This document shows positions 27,001-38,479 of a stretch of 64,000 nucleotides of DNA, in pieces; position 1 is the first letter of the stretch; each line of letters begins with the position of its first letter. The DNA comes from Podarcis vaucheri. Taxonomy: Eukaryota. The notes below the pieces were generated by a model, which saw only the letters and a program-made list of their open reading frames with translations, searched no databases and was not told the origin of the DNA. The stretch lies in the NCBI GenBank assembly GCA_965113315.1, contig OZ220364.1. One strand, 5' to 3'. Both the position numbers and the translations under genes were made by a program.

Positions 27001-27531
27001 CCCCCCCCCAACCATTTTGTTTGATAATCGTTTCTCTGTTAGGGACACCAGCAGTTAAAAGTGTAGTGCAAATAACTCAAGTCTATCTCTACGAACAGCA
27101 ATTTTTGAAATCCTCAAAAAACTCAAACTTCAGCCACTTTTGAAGAAAAGACCCATTATTTTCTACAGCTATAGGCAGATACTGGCCCTAGTTCTGTCTT
27201 GTGAAACCACCCAAACATGGAGAAGCAGTTGGAAATAAGAACAGGGTTTGAAGTATTTTGTATTCTCATTTTGTATCCTCCCTGGGGTCTGGGGATGAAG
27301 GGCAGTATAAACAAACCAACCAGCAAACCTTCTGAAACCATCATGACTGTTTGCTGATCACTGAGTACAGGGCCCCCTTCTTTTGTATTTAAAGCACAAG
27401 CACATGTCAAACGCATTGTAGGATGTAAATTGAAGAGCTGGCTAGTTGGAGGGCATGAAGAATGCATTGTGATGCTGCTATCCTGGCAGAATGAGGGCAG
27501 GGTTCCTTTCTCCTGTGCAGCAAGTGCAGTA

Positions 27532-27866
27532 CAGTGGTGCCTCACAAGACGAAAAGAATCCGTTCTGTGATTCTCTTCGTCTAGCGGTTTTTTTGTCTTG
27601 CGAAGCAAGCCCATTGAAGGATTAGCGGATTAGCGCTATTAGCGGCTTTTAGCGGCTTATCTGCTGATCGGATCAGCTGATAAGCGGCTTAGCCGCTTAG
27701 AAAAGGGGGGGGGAGGAAAAAAACCCAGCAGGAACTCGCAAGACATTGTCGTCTTGTGAAGCAAGCCCATAGGAAATTCGTTTTGCGAAGCACCTCCAAA
27801 ACGGAAAACTCTTTCGTCTAGCGAGTTTTCCATCTTGCGAGGCATTCGTCTTGCGGGGCACCACTG
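27532..27866. mobile_element. Tc1/mariner (Tigger/pogo-like) MITE
   Basis: TIRs CAGTGGTGCC..CAAGACGAA / TTCGTCTTG..GGCACCACTG, TA TSD. Confidence 0.85.
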
Positions 27867-27869
27867 TAC

Positions 27870-28038
27870 ATAGGAAGCTGCCTTATACTGATTCAGACCA
27901 CAGATCCACCTAGCTCGGCATTGGCAGCAGCTCCTCGGGGTTTCAGGCAGAGTTCTCTCCCATCCCTACCTGGAGATTGAACCTTCTTGAGACCTTCTGC
28001 GTGCAAAATAAGTGCTCTGCCATTGAGCTGCAGCCCCT
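27870..28038 (-). mobile_element. tRNA-derived SINE
   Basis: Reverse strand begins GGGGCTGCAGCTCAATGGCAGAGCAC (A-box) and ends AGGCAGCTTCCTAT; related copy at 33739-34178. Confidence 0.65.
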
Positions 28039-28798
28039 CTCCAACAGGGAGACTTCTTGCAGGTGGATTTTGATCTGTGCATCTGCGTCAGCACTGTGAG
28101 AGCGGCCACATAAAAGCGAGATACCTTGTTTCCTTGGCATCAGTCAGCATTCCATGTCCTTTAGAGAATATGATCCTTGTTTCTCAGAAGAGTACATTCA
28201 GTATGCTTAAGGAATCGAGGAGCAAGATATTGGCCTTGTTCCAGTGACTTCGTCCACTACTCCAGTGGGTGCACAGAGCTCCCCTCCTTGTGCAGGTACT
28301 TACCTGTTCATTTCAATAGAGTGGGCACTTTGTGGTGTAAATATATGGACTTGCCCTCCCTGCCTCCTGCCAGGTGAGCAGTGCAGCCCATTTGCTGCGG
28401 AGAAGCACTAAATTACTACGTGCTTATTCTGTTTGAGGAGTTGGTCTCATTTGCTCAGTTTTGCAAATACATGTGTAAATAGCAAATACGTTTCAACGCT
28501 ATACACATTTTAGCAGGGTCTTAATTTTCCTAGATTTGCCCAGAAACCTGTAACCTTTCATTGGCCTGTGTTCTAAGATTGATGTAAGAAGCGAAGGCCA
28601 GTTTAAACACCCAGGGTTTATTTATGGTGAGCCATCAAGAATGTAGCTATGACATTGCCACTTCCCCAAAATATTACTGGAATGTTATAACTTTATATAC
28701 CTTTCAGAGGTCTGAAATGTGTAGCTGTTGGTATATTATAAGCTGTAAAGGTCATCCCCATAATCCCCAGCTGCCAGTGTTTGTAACACCATTTATAC

Positions 28799-28934
28799 CA
28801 AGCATCCCCAAACTCAGCCCTCCAGCTGTTTTGGGACTACAATTCCCATCATCCCTGACCACTGGTCCTGTTAGCTAGGGATGATGGGAGTTGTAGTCCC
28901 AAAACAGCTGGAGGGCCGAGTTTCGGGATGCCTG
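28799..28934. mobile_element. Palindromic hAT MITE
   Basis: Near-perfect hairpin, perfect 8-bp TSD ATTTATAC. Confidence 0.88.
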
Positions 28935-29872
28935 ATTTATACCAACAAACCATGTACGGTCTCCACTGTCCCTTCCCCAAAAAGATACTGCAGTGATGGG
29001 AAAAGTGCGGAATAAGGCAACTAAAATGGTCAAGAACATTTTCTGCTTTGTGGAAACCCTTAAGCATTTGGGACTTTAGGAAAAGAAAAAGGGATGATGT
29101 GGGACAGGTAAATTATGTGTGGCTTGGAAAGACTAGATGGGTGGGTGTGTCCTTTTGGCTTTGCCTTGGGTTTATTAAGTTAAATTGGGCACTACCTTAT
29201 TTTCATATGTGTGTGTGTGAGTGTGTGTGTGTGAGTGTGTGTGTGTGTTCACACCCACCCACACCCACGCCTTCATCAAAAAGAACCAAGGAAAGTAATT
29301 CAAAGCGAACCAAAGAAAGAAGTGCGTGGCTGACATGCAACCCATAATTAACTGATTAAATTCCCTATTTTAAAATGTGGTGATGGCCATGGGCAGGGGG
29401 CTTCAAGAGGCAGTGGCAGGAGGTGGGGATTAGTCAGTCTTGAAGGGTGTACGTCTTTCTACAACCTCCCTGGCTAAATGGAAACCCTATTTTCAGCAGT
29501 GTTACCTTTCGGGATTTAGATTCCTGGGGACAAACTAAAGAAGAAAGGCTGTTGCTTTCATAGCCTCTTTACAGGTTTCTTGGAGGTTCCAATGTTAGAG
29601 ATGGGATGCCGGACTAGAGCAATGCTTGGTCCACTGAGGCTTCTCCTAGATCTTGACCATACTTTTTGACACTACTCTCTTTTAACTGTTTATGTCTTAC
29701 TATATGAGTCATTTTTAAATGAGAACATAATTTGGCTTCAGACGTTTACTGCTGGCTTTGCTTTGAAATCACTCACATCTCTAGTATTGTGCTGTACCTC
29801 ACTCATACTCCTCTCCTTACATGAAATATTTCTTCTTCTTCTTGCTCTTCATGGGATTCATGGGCTTTAAAG

Positions 29873-29887
29873 ACCTTAATTTCTTTG
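29873..29887 (+). CDS. SPAG9: Candidate 15-nt microexon (adds DLNFF)
   Basis: ttaaag|ACCTTAATTTCTTTG|gtaagg; phase 1-1, no stop; resembles the recalled JIP3 alternative insert (..DDFFG) at the same position. Confidence 0.7.
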
Positions 29888-30548
29888 GTAAGGTATCATC
29901 TCATTTGGGGAACATTTGCAAGGGCGTTGCATTGTCTTTGAGCTTTTTCATGTTCTGCATCTCTTCTCTGTGTTGTGACACGGCTTTCAGCATCAAATAT
30001 ACGTAATTTAAATTTGTAGTGTAAACTTTAATTGATTTTCAACACTTGTTTTAATACAATTTATTTTCTGCAAGAGCAGTTAAACATTGGATTCTTGGAC
30101 TGAAAATATTTTGCATTGTTCTTCTGGGCTTCAGAGAGCCTACCTGTTGAACACTTTAAAAGTCCAGCAAGATTTAGTTTTGAAAACTGTTGTTTTCAGC
30201 TATTAAGGAATCAGGTGCTTCGATAAACTCCAAGAACTATCCTACCTGCATAGGTTGTTCTTCCATTTTTATATTTTATTGACAGTTTGACAGGTGGCTT
30301 GAGAAGTAGTATGCAACACTATTAAATAAATGATTGAATACATTTCAGTGGAGGAAGCTAATCTGCGTGCAAGCAGTGCAGTTCCTTCCATTGAAATTAA
30401 TGTGGAGTCCCACTTACATAGTAGCCCCACATGAACCTCGGAGCAGCATACACTAAACTCTGTATCAGGGTGCATAAGTTTGAGAACTGGCACTTGCACT
30501 AGTAATTTCAATGTTTTTAAGCTGTTTACTCTGTTCTGTCTTTGCAAG

Positions 30549-30606
30549 GAATGGGTCGTGAAGTTGAAAACCTTATCTTAGAAAATACACAACTGCTAGA
30601 AACCAA
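30549..30606 (+). CDS. SPAG9: SPAG9 exon (MGREVENLILENTQLLET), start of LZII
   Basis: AAG acceptor, AA|gtgagt donor, 58 nt. Confidence 0.94.
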
Positions 30607-30823
30607 GTGAGTAACTTTTTCAGCTGTTGAACATAGAATTTCTTCTGCTAAACTTGTTTTAAAATTGATCATGAGACTGGTTGCTGGTTCATAAAGGATA
30701 TAATCAATTATTCCCAAGGCCCTTGTTCCATATATCCACGTGACAGATGTAGGTTAGTTGATGCTTTAGGTGTTTGCACTATTCTGATCTCTAATGGTTA
30801 ATATAATTAATATAATAGGCTGT

Positions 30824-30955
30824 CTAGTCATGCTGGCCACATGACCCAGAAAGCTGTCTCTGGACAATCGCCAGCTTCCTCGGCCTAAAGTGCCGCAGCC
30901 CCATAGTCTTCTTTGGCTGGACTTAACCATCCGGAGGTCCTTTACCTTTTACCTT
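30824..30955 (+). mobile_element. 5'-truncated Sauria SINE
   Basis: GTCATGCTGGCCACATGACC...CCTTTACCTTTTACCTT tail. Confidence 0.75.
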
Positions 30956-31113
30956 ACATATTCCTTTAGTTCATGAAAGGTACAAAATTACAAAACGCAC
31001 AGGGAATGTCAGAACACTAGAGCTTGGGTTTCTTAAGTGTAGCTGACCATCAATAGCTTCAGGACAATCAGAAACAACTCTCCCTCATTCACTAATTTGT
31101 TTGTTCCCAAGAG

Positions 31114-31244
31114 CAGTGCTTTTTTTTCTTTAAAAATATTTAGGGGTGCTCTCATTTTCCTACTTGAAATACTGCCCCTCAATGAGGCCAAACTTAGATT
31201 CACAAAATGTTTATGGGTATGCGTACCCCCAGGAAAAAGCACTG
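31114..31244. mobile_element. hAT MITE
   Basis: TIRs CAGTGCTTTTT/AAAAAGCACTG, TSD CCCAAGAG/TCCAAGAG. Confidence 0.8.
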
Positions 31245-31482
31245 TCCAAGAGGATCTGTTTAGATGTTGCAGAGCTAGACTAGTTTAGGCGGGGCTAACG
31301 TTTTTGGGGCACAGGGTTCACCAACCCTCTGGGGCCACACGCAGTTGTGGACATGGCCAAAAGAGGGCGTGGCCACTCAGCACTCTCACATGTGCGCAGA
31401 CACCCACAGGCATACTGCCCCCCCCCCCAGGTGTACAGATCAGATAAGGAGGTGGGTTATTGCCGAGTACTGTGTTCACTTA

Positions 31483-31744
31483 CCCGTATTTTTCGCCCTA
31501 TAAGACGCACCAGACTATAAGACGCAACTAGTTTTTGGAGGAGGAAAACAAGAAAAAAAAATATATTCTGAATCTCAGAAGCCAGAACAACAAGAGGAAT
31601 TGCTGCAGCGCAAGCAGCGGTCCCTTTTGCTATTCTGGCTTCTGGGATAGCTGCACAGCCTGCATTCGCTCCATAAGACGCACACACATTTCCCCTTACT
31701 TTTTAGGAGGAAAAAAGTGAGTCTTATAGAGCAAAAAAATACGG
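31483..31744. mobile_element. Tc2-like mariner MITE
   Basis: TIRs CCGTATTTTT..CTATAAGAC / GTCTTATAG..AAAAATACGG, TA flanks. Confidence 0.8.
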
Positions 31745-32229
31745 TAATCATTTTTGCTGCTGTCAAATTTAGAGGGGTCCTGGGGGGCAATATTAGACAC
31801 CCCCCAAATTGAGGGTTAGACAACCCTGAGCTAGTCCAATATGGCATATTATACTATTTGCCGAATAAAAACAAATGTTGCAAACTAAGTTTTGTGCAAG
31901 CTATTGAAACTACTGCTGTGAATAGAAACGGGACACAAAATATGAATCTGGGGCAGCCAGTGCCAACTTAATGCTGTGGCAATTGTTCCATCAGGGCAAA
32001 CATTTCAGCTGGCCAGATGTGGTGATGCACCCTCCCCATACTGCTCTGGGGATTCTCCTTGTGGAAGTTGTAGTGCAGGCTTCCGCTAGTGGGACTCATT
32101 AGTTTCATACTGCCCAAAGCTATTTTTGTAAGTGGGGGGAGGGGTATAACTCTTTGTCGCTTGAATTCCTATGATAGGATTGAAATAACGGTCGTAAAAA
32201 TAAATAGATCAATTTCTGTGATACTGGTA

Positions 32230-32582
32230 AAGATAAAGGAACCTCTGATCATTAAGTCCAGTCGTGACCGACTCTGGGGTTGCGGCGCTCATCTCGCTTT
32301 ATTGGCCGAGGGAGCCGGCGTACAGCTTCCAGGTCATGTGGCCAGCATGATGAAGCCGCTTCTGGCGAACCAGAGCAGCACACGGAAACACTGTTTACCT
32401 TCCCGCCGGAGCAGTACCTATTTATCTACTTGCACTTTGACGTGCTTTCGAACTGCTAGGTGGGCAGGATCAGGGACTGAGCAACAGGAGCTCACCCCGT
32501 TGCGGGGATTCGAACTGCCGACCTTCTGATCAGCAAGTCCTAGGCTCTGTCGTTTAACCCACAGTGCCACCCGCGTCCCTCA
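32230..32582 (-). mobile_element. Sauria SINE
   Basis: Full length; 13-bp TSD TGTGATACTGGTA at 32217 and 32583. Confidence 0.9.
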
Positions 32583-32632
32583 TGTGATACTGGTAGAAAT
32601 GACCTAATTACAGCTATCTTTGTTGTCTTCAG

Positions 32633-32785
32633 AAATGCCTTGAATGTGGTGAAGAATGACTTAATAGCAAAAGTAGATGAGCTCACCTGCGAGAAGGATG
32701 TGCTGAAAGGAGAGCTGGAAGCTGTAAAACTGGCCAAACAAAAGCTTGAAGAGAAGAACAAGGAATTGGAAGAAGAACTTAGAAA
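32633..32785 (+). CDS. SPAG9: SPAG9 exon ([21 protein letters not shown]...EEELR), LZII
   Basis: ttcag acceptor, AA|gtgagt donor, 153 nt. Confidence 0.95.
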
Positions 32786-32878
32786 GTGAGTGTAATACGC
32801 ATGTTTCATGTACAGCAGAGAAGATCTTACCAGGGATTCTGCAACTAACTTCACTGATAACTCTTGCATCTTGTTTAG

Positions 32879-32930
32879 AGCCCGTGCGGAAGCAGAAGAA
32901 GCGAGGCAAAAAGCAAAGGAAGACGATGAT
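32879..32930 (+). CDS. SPAG9: SPAG9 exon (ARAEAEEARQKAKEDDD)
   Basis: tttag acceptor after a 93-nt intron, GAT|gtatgt donor, 52 nt. Confidence 0.93.
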
Positions 32931-33323
32931 GTATGTAATTGTATTGGCAGCTTTTTATCTAATCCTGTTTCTTATTTGTGTAACATTGCTCTTAAAATAC
33001 CCTGACCTTTTGAAAGAGTTTTTGAGAAGAAGTGTGCACTTGTCCTTTCTTTATCTGCTGCAACTCCTCTTGCAGTTGTAGAGTGGACTATGACATCTGG
33101 GGGATGCTGAATTAGTCTGCTTCCTCCACCCCACTCCTCCTTTGGACACCAAGGGTCTGTGAGGGGCTGCTTCCATTGTTGGCACTGTCTCTTCCCGCCC
33201 ATTACTGCACTTTATATATAGCTATAAACACCTGTAAATTATTTCGAAACGACTGGTCTTAGGCCCTTAGCGCAGTTCATTGGTGATGGAAGAGAAAGTA
33301 ACTCCTCCTTAAACTGTACATAA

Positions 33324-33527
<204 letters not shown>

Positions 33528-33561
33528 TAGTATTTGACGGTTATGGTTGCAATGCTGGATA

Positions 33562-33563
<2 letters not shown>

Positions 33564-33593
<30 letters not shown>
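33564..33593. repeat. (CT)n microsatellite, followed by a CR1 3' end (about 33600-33660)
   Basis: Direct reading. Confidence 0.85.
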
Positions 33594-33598
<5 letters not shown>

Positions 33599-33837
33599 AT
33601 TGCAGTGGGTTGGACTAAATAATCCTTTGGTCCCTTCCAACTGTACCAATCTGTGATTTTGTGAAACTGCTGCTATTATTGTATTGCATTGTGGAGAGTA
33701 GATTATTTTTAACAGTAAAAGGGGGCAGGGCCATCAAAGGGGAAGGGCTGTAGCCCTTCTACATACTTCGCATGTAGAACATCCCAGGTTAACTTCCCAA
33801 GTAGGGCTGAGAGAGAGTCCTGCCTGAAAGCCTAGAG

Positions 33838-33975
33838 CAGCGGTTCTCAACCTGTGGGTCCCCAGATGATGTTGGACTACAACTCCCACCATCCCTGAGC
33901 TCTGGCCTTGCTAGCTAGGGGTGATGGGAGTTGTAGTTCAACAACATCTGGGGACCCACAGGTTGAGAAAGGCTG
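33838..33975. mobile_element. Palindromic hAT MITE
   Basis: TIR ..TTCTCAACCTGTGGGTCCCCAGATG; TSD GCCTAGAG/CTCTAGAG. Confidence 0.85.
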
Positions 33976-34016
33976 CTCTAGAGAGTTGCTGCCAGTCAGG
34001 GCAGAAAATAATGAGC

Positions 34017-34152
34017 CAATGTTTCTCAAGCTTGTGTGTCCAGCTGTTGTTGGACTACAACTCGTATCATCCCTGACTTCTGGTCCTGCTAGCTAGAGAT
34101 GATGGCAGTTGTAGTCTGGCAACAGCCGGGGAACCAGGTTTGAGAAACACTG
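34017..34152. mobile_element. Palindromic hAT MITE
   Basis: CAATGTTTCTCAA...TTGAGAAACACTG termini, same internal hairpin family. Confidence 0.8.
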
Positions 34153-35173
34153 AGCTAGATGGACCAGGCAGCTTCCTACCCTCCCCACCCATTGCTTAGC
34201 TCTTGGCATTCCCCCCCCCCACCCAAAAGCTGGGCACACATTTAGTATCATATCTCTGAATAAAGAGATGGTGCTTGGCAGACAGACCCCAAGGAGATGA
34301 TCTGCAGCAGTAGGAGGGGCGTAGTGCACCTCTCACTTTGAACTTCTTCCCTAGGCACTCCTGTACTTTTAACATCTCATTTGACTGCCACCTAATGGTT
34401 GGATGTGATTGCTACAGTTTAGTTTTACTACGGAAAGATATTTAGACCTCTTTGTGACTAAGTTGACTTGTTTTGCATGAGCCACTTTCTACCATGGAGC
34501 AGTCCCCATATTCCTTGCACATGCAGCTTTTGCAGCCATAATGCTTGGTACTTCCTCTTCTGAAATTATTTTGTACACTTGGCTGTTTGGAACTGCTTTC
34601 CTAATGCATGCATGAGGTGGACAAAACCGTCATTGAGCAGTGGATGATCTTGTCAGGAACTTAACCTGTAAAATCAGCAGTGAACAAAAAAACAGATTGA
34701 AAAGCGCTTGATGCCCTTACACTGTTTACCCTTCACCAGATAGACTTCATCAGATATATGTGTGTGTGTTATACCCTTCACCAGATATATGTTTGTGTGT
34801 TTTTAGGGGATGAGCGGTCAAAATAGTAACTTGAATTTTTAGAATATGCAGATACTAATTTTGTTGAACAGTAATCTAACTTCATGTACAACTAAACCCA
34901 GAACAGGTTTAGAGGGCATGTGGCAGATACACAGGAAGAAGAATGGAAATGTCTTTCTGCTCAAACAGGCCTTGTTCTGCAGACACATGCCCCACTTAGC
35001 ACTATGTTAAATTGCACCCTGTTTATTCAGCAATCCCTCCCCACCCACCTCATCAATTTAATAGTATTGTATCTTGCAATCAGACAAGAGCCGTTTGCTA
35101 CTTTGATGTGTTGTGCAGAGCATTCTAGGTCATCCTATTGCTCAGCTAATTAGCTTTTGATTTTTTTCTTCAG

Positions 35174-35230
35174 GGCATCACGAGAAAATCCAGCCATGCA
35201 AGAGAAGAAGAGATCAAGCCTTTGGCAGTT
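35174..35230 (+). CDS. SPAG9: SPAG9 exon (ASRENPAMQEKKRSSLWQ)
   Basis: ttcag acceptor, TT|gtaagt donor, 57 nt. Confidence 0.94.
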
Positions 35231-35340
35231 GTAAGTACTGAAACGCAATCAGATGCTGGTATTATGCACAAAAGCCTTTTTTGTTTCTTTACTGCGCAAG
35301 GAACCAATAACAACAAACCTATTTTCTCTTTGCCGTCTAG

Positions 35341-35352
35341 AATGCCAACTGG
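35341..35352 (+). CDS. SPAG9: Candidate 12-nt microexon (WQFFSRL becomes WQLMPTGFSRL)
   Basis: ttttctctttgccgtctag|AATGCCAACTGG|gtaaga; phase 2-2; UGC just upstream of the AG; similar to a recalled mammalian VPTR insert isoform. Confidence 0.78.
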
Positions 35353-36808
35353 GTAAGACTGACCTTAAAGACAGATTGTAAGATGCATCTTGCAATGTTG
35401 GTTATGCACTTGGCCGAGAAACATAACTGCCTTAATCTAATTGTGGCATTAAAAAGAAGAAACCAGAATTCTAACACAAGAGTGCAGAGTTTTGTTAGCA
35501 GCTGTTCTATGAATATGAAAGTAAACTGAAGTTTGGGTAGCTTTTGGTGTGGTTTGCATATAATTTCAAGTACCCCAGAACTTGGTGTGAGAATTTGTGA
35601 AGTGCTAATTTATGTTCCTTGTTCTAAACGTAATTACTGAAGCCAAATGTGAGAGAGTACTAAAATTGTGAGAGATTAATTATTGTGTGATTAAATATTA
35701 AAATATTGTGTATCCCAGAAGTTATTTTATTTAATACTTTTTGGGGGTTTTAAGATTTAATAGAAATCTTTGGGCTCCTGTCTAAAGAGTAGTGAATCTG
35801 CAGGACTTGGCTGTGAAGGTGCTGGATTCTTGTGGGACTGTGTTTCTTTTACCTTTATTGTAGTTCATATTCTGAACTGAAACCAATCTTGTCCATCCCT
35901 ACCTTTTGCTGTGGGGAAACAGAATAGTACATTGAAGTTATGGATCCTCTATATCTGGACTCATAGTCTGGTAGTCTAGTAAACTTGCACTCGGTGGCAT
36001 ACACATGATATACACAATGATATTTAGGTTATATGAAATGCTTTGGGCAAACCATCTGCAATCCTTACAACAATCTTGTAGGCTATGCCAGATTTATCTC
36101 CCTGTTATAAATAATGGTGAGATGGAGGCAGCATCCTGCCTAAGGAACATTTACCAAGCTCCATGATGAGTTGTGTGACTTATGGAGCAAAGCTCATGCT
36201 TTTAATCACTATGGCACATCAGCTCAGATAATGATCAAACTGCTTGTGTGCCTATAAATTTTGGGGAAACTATACTGTTTATCAATGCTTCAGAGCCTGA
36301 ATTACTGAGTGGGGTTGCCTATGGTGGCCTTAACTATCTCGGGTCTAGAAATTTGCTATACAGATAGAGAAGCATTTCAGATTTTCAGGTGGAGGAGTCC
36401 AGCCCACCCTGTGACCTCAGAATGAAGGGCAGGCAATAAAAAGATGGAAATTAAAGTAAATACATGAAAATAAAAATAGGAACCAGCATCACTTTTTTTT
36501 GGTACCAGCCCTGTATTTTATAGAAAGCTGTTTTTAACACCACCAGAGCATTCTCTAGCCCCTGCATAAATGCCAAGTCTTTATCTTCATTCTTGGCTTG
36601 AATGTGCATGGAATAGTTATTATGAGTGTTGCAAACGTAATGCTGCTGTTCTGATGGTGTGAGCTGTGTGGGACAGTTAATGGCTGCTGTGTTTGGGCCC
36701 ATTCTTTTCTTACTACGTTTCCTTACTCATTGCTGTCCATTTGATGCCAGTTTGGCTTTTGGGTGTGTCTGTGTACTCACATGCCTCTACTTTTTTTGTG
36801 GTCTCCAG

Positions 36809-36982
36809 TTTTAGCAGACTATTCAGCTCATCAGGCAATACTGCTAAGAAACCAGAACCGCCAGTTAATGTTAAGTACAATGCTCCAACCTCCCACATTA
36901 CTCCATCAGTCAAGAAAAGAAGCAGCACTTTATCCCAGTTACCCAGTGACAAATCAAAAGCCTTCGATTTCCTCAGTGAAGA
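36809..36982 (+). CDS. SPAG9: SPAG9 exon (FSRLFSSSGNTAKKPEPP...FDFLSE)
   Basis: tccag acceptor, GA|gtaaga donor, 174 nt. Confidence 0.94.
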
Positions 36983-38222
36983 GTAAGACTTGCTTTGCTT
37001 ATACAAACTAAAAGTATGCCAGCAATATAGAATTATTTGAATATATCAGCAAGGCCAGCATGTATTGTAGTAGAAATATCAAAACCAGGGTTCAGGTTGA
37101 TCAAACCTTGAAGTATTGGAATAACAGATAGTAGCTGTTGGATTTTTATGGACAAAAAGAAGACTGTGTGCTTAAATGTGGTAGCCTCTGTTGCATAACA
37201 GTTACAACAATTTATTCAACTTATTATGCTTGGGGGCTGCATAACTAGTTAGCCTGCCATGCCAGAATCTTGCTTGTTCTCAGAAATATCCTCGCCCATA
37301 TTTATCTAGTTATCTGGTCCAAACATGGAATTAAGCAGTACCCTTGTCCGTTTTGATACTTCTGTGTAAAATAACCCATGATATCCACACAGCACACACT
37401 AATGTGGCATGTTGCCTTTGGGGAGGGGTATACCTTAAGTATAATGCCCTTTACTGTCTTACTTGAACTAATGTAACTTGTGCTTAAAATCCCTCAGTGC
37501 CTTTCAGCACTGTTTTTCGTTTCCTCAACAGTTTTTCCATTCACAGTGCTCAGTTTGTATGTTTTGCCCAGGTAGAGCTTTTGTTAATTGTGTTTGCAAA
37601 GTTAGCATGAATCAGAGGAGCCCAGAAGCGCATGTCACCAGTGCTCTGATGTATCTGTGGCTGGCTCCTCCTGGCACAGTGAAAGGTGCTATAATCTATG
37701 CAGCACTAAATGGTGTAGGACCAGAGCAGTTCAGGGACAGTCTCCTCCCATGGTACCCCATTAGGAACCCTATGATCTTATTAGACCAAATGAGCCAAGA
37801 GAGAACTGAACTGGGACATTTGAAAAGTTTGCCAGGATATGCACAACCTCCTAACAACTTTTGGAACTGCAAAAAAGTAGCCCAGCTTGGTTTGGGCAAA
37901 TATTTCAGCAAGCAAAGGAATGTGGTTGTGGAGTGAAGTGGGGGGGGGGGGAGGAATAACAGAAGTCTGAATCAGCATTGTCAAGTCCTCATCAAATAAA
38001 AGTGTTGTTGTCCTCTCTTCAGAGGTTGGTGGAAGGCATCCTGGGTTTCCAGGTATAACCAGAAGCCTCTTAAGGCTGTTAGTGTGAGAGATGAAGGGGT
38101 GGAATGGAAAATCCTCTCCATGATTAGAATTCCCAAATCCTCAGGTCATATGGCCTGATTGTTACATTAGAGAACCCGCTTTGGGTGGAATACAGAATAT
38201 GGGTAATTTAAAAAGACCTTCA

Positions 38223-38479
38223 CAGATCGTGAAGCTGAGGCTCCAGTACTTTGGCCACCTCATGAAAAGAGAAGACTCCCTGGAAAAGACCCTGATGTTG
38301 GGAAAGATGGAGGGCACAAGGAGAAGGGGACGACAGAGGACAAGATGGTTAGATAGTGTCTTCGAAGCTACCAGCATGAGTGTGACCAAACTGCAGGAGG
38401 CAGTGGAAGACAGAAGTGCCTGGCGTGCTCTGGTCCATGGGGTCACCAAGAGTTGGACACGACTAAATGACTAAACAAC
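38223..38479 (+). mobile_element. BovB (RTE) LINE 3' end
   Basis: Peptide KLRLQYFGHLMKREDSLEKTLMLGKMEGTRRRGRQRTRWLD; (CAA)-type tail; TSD AAAAAGACCTTCA at 38210 and 38480. Confidence 0.9.

Noticed and set aside
38181-38474. Functional retrotransposon protein
   Set aside because: Only about 257 bp of the BovB 3' end; no RT or endonuclease domain
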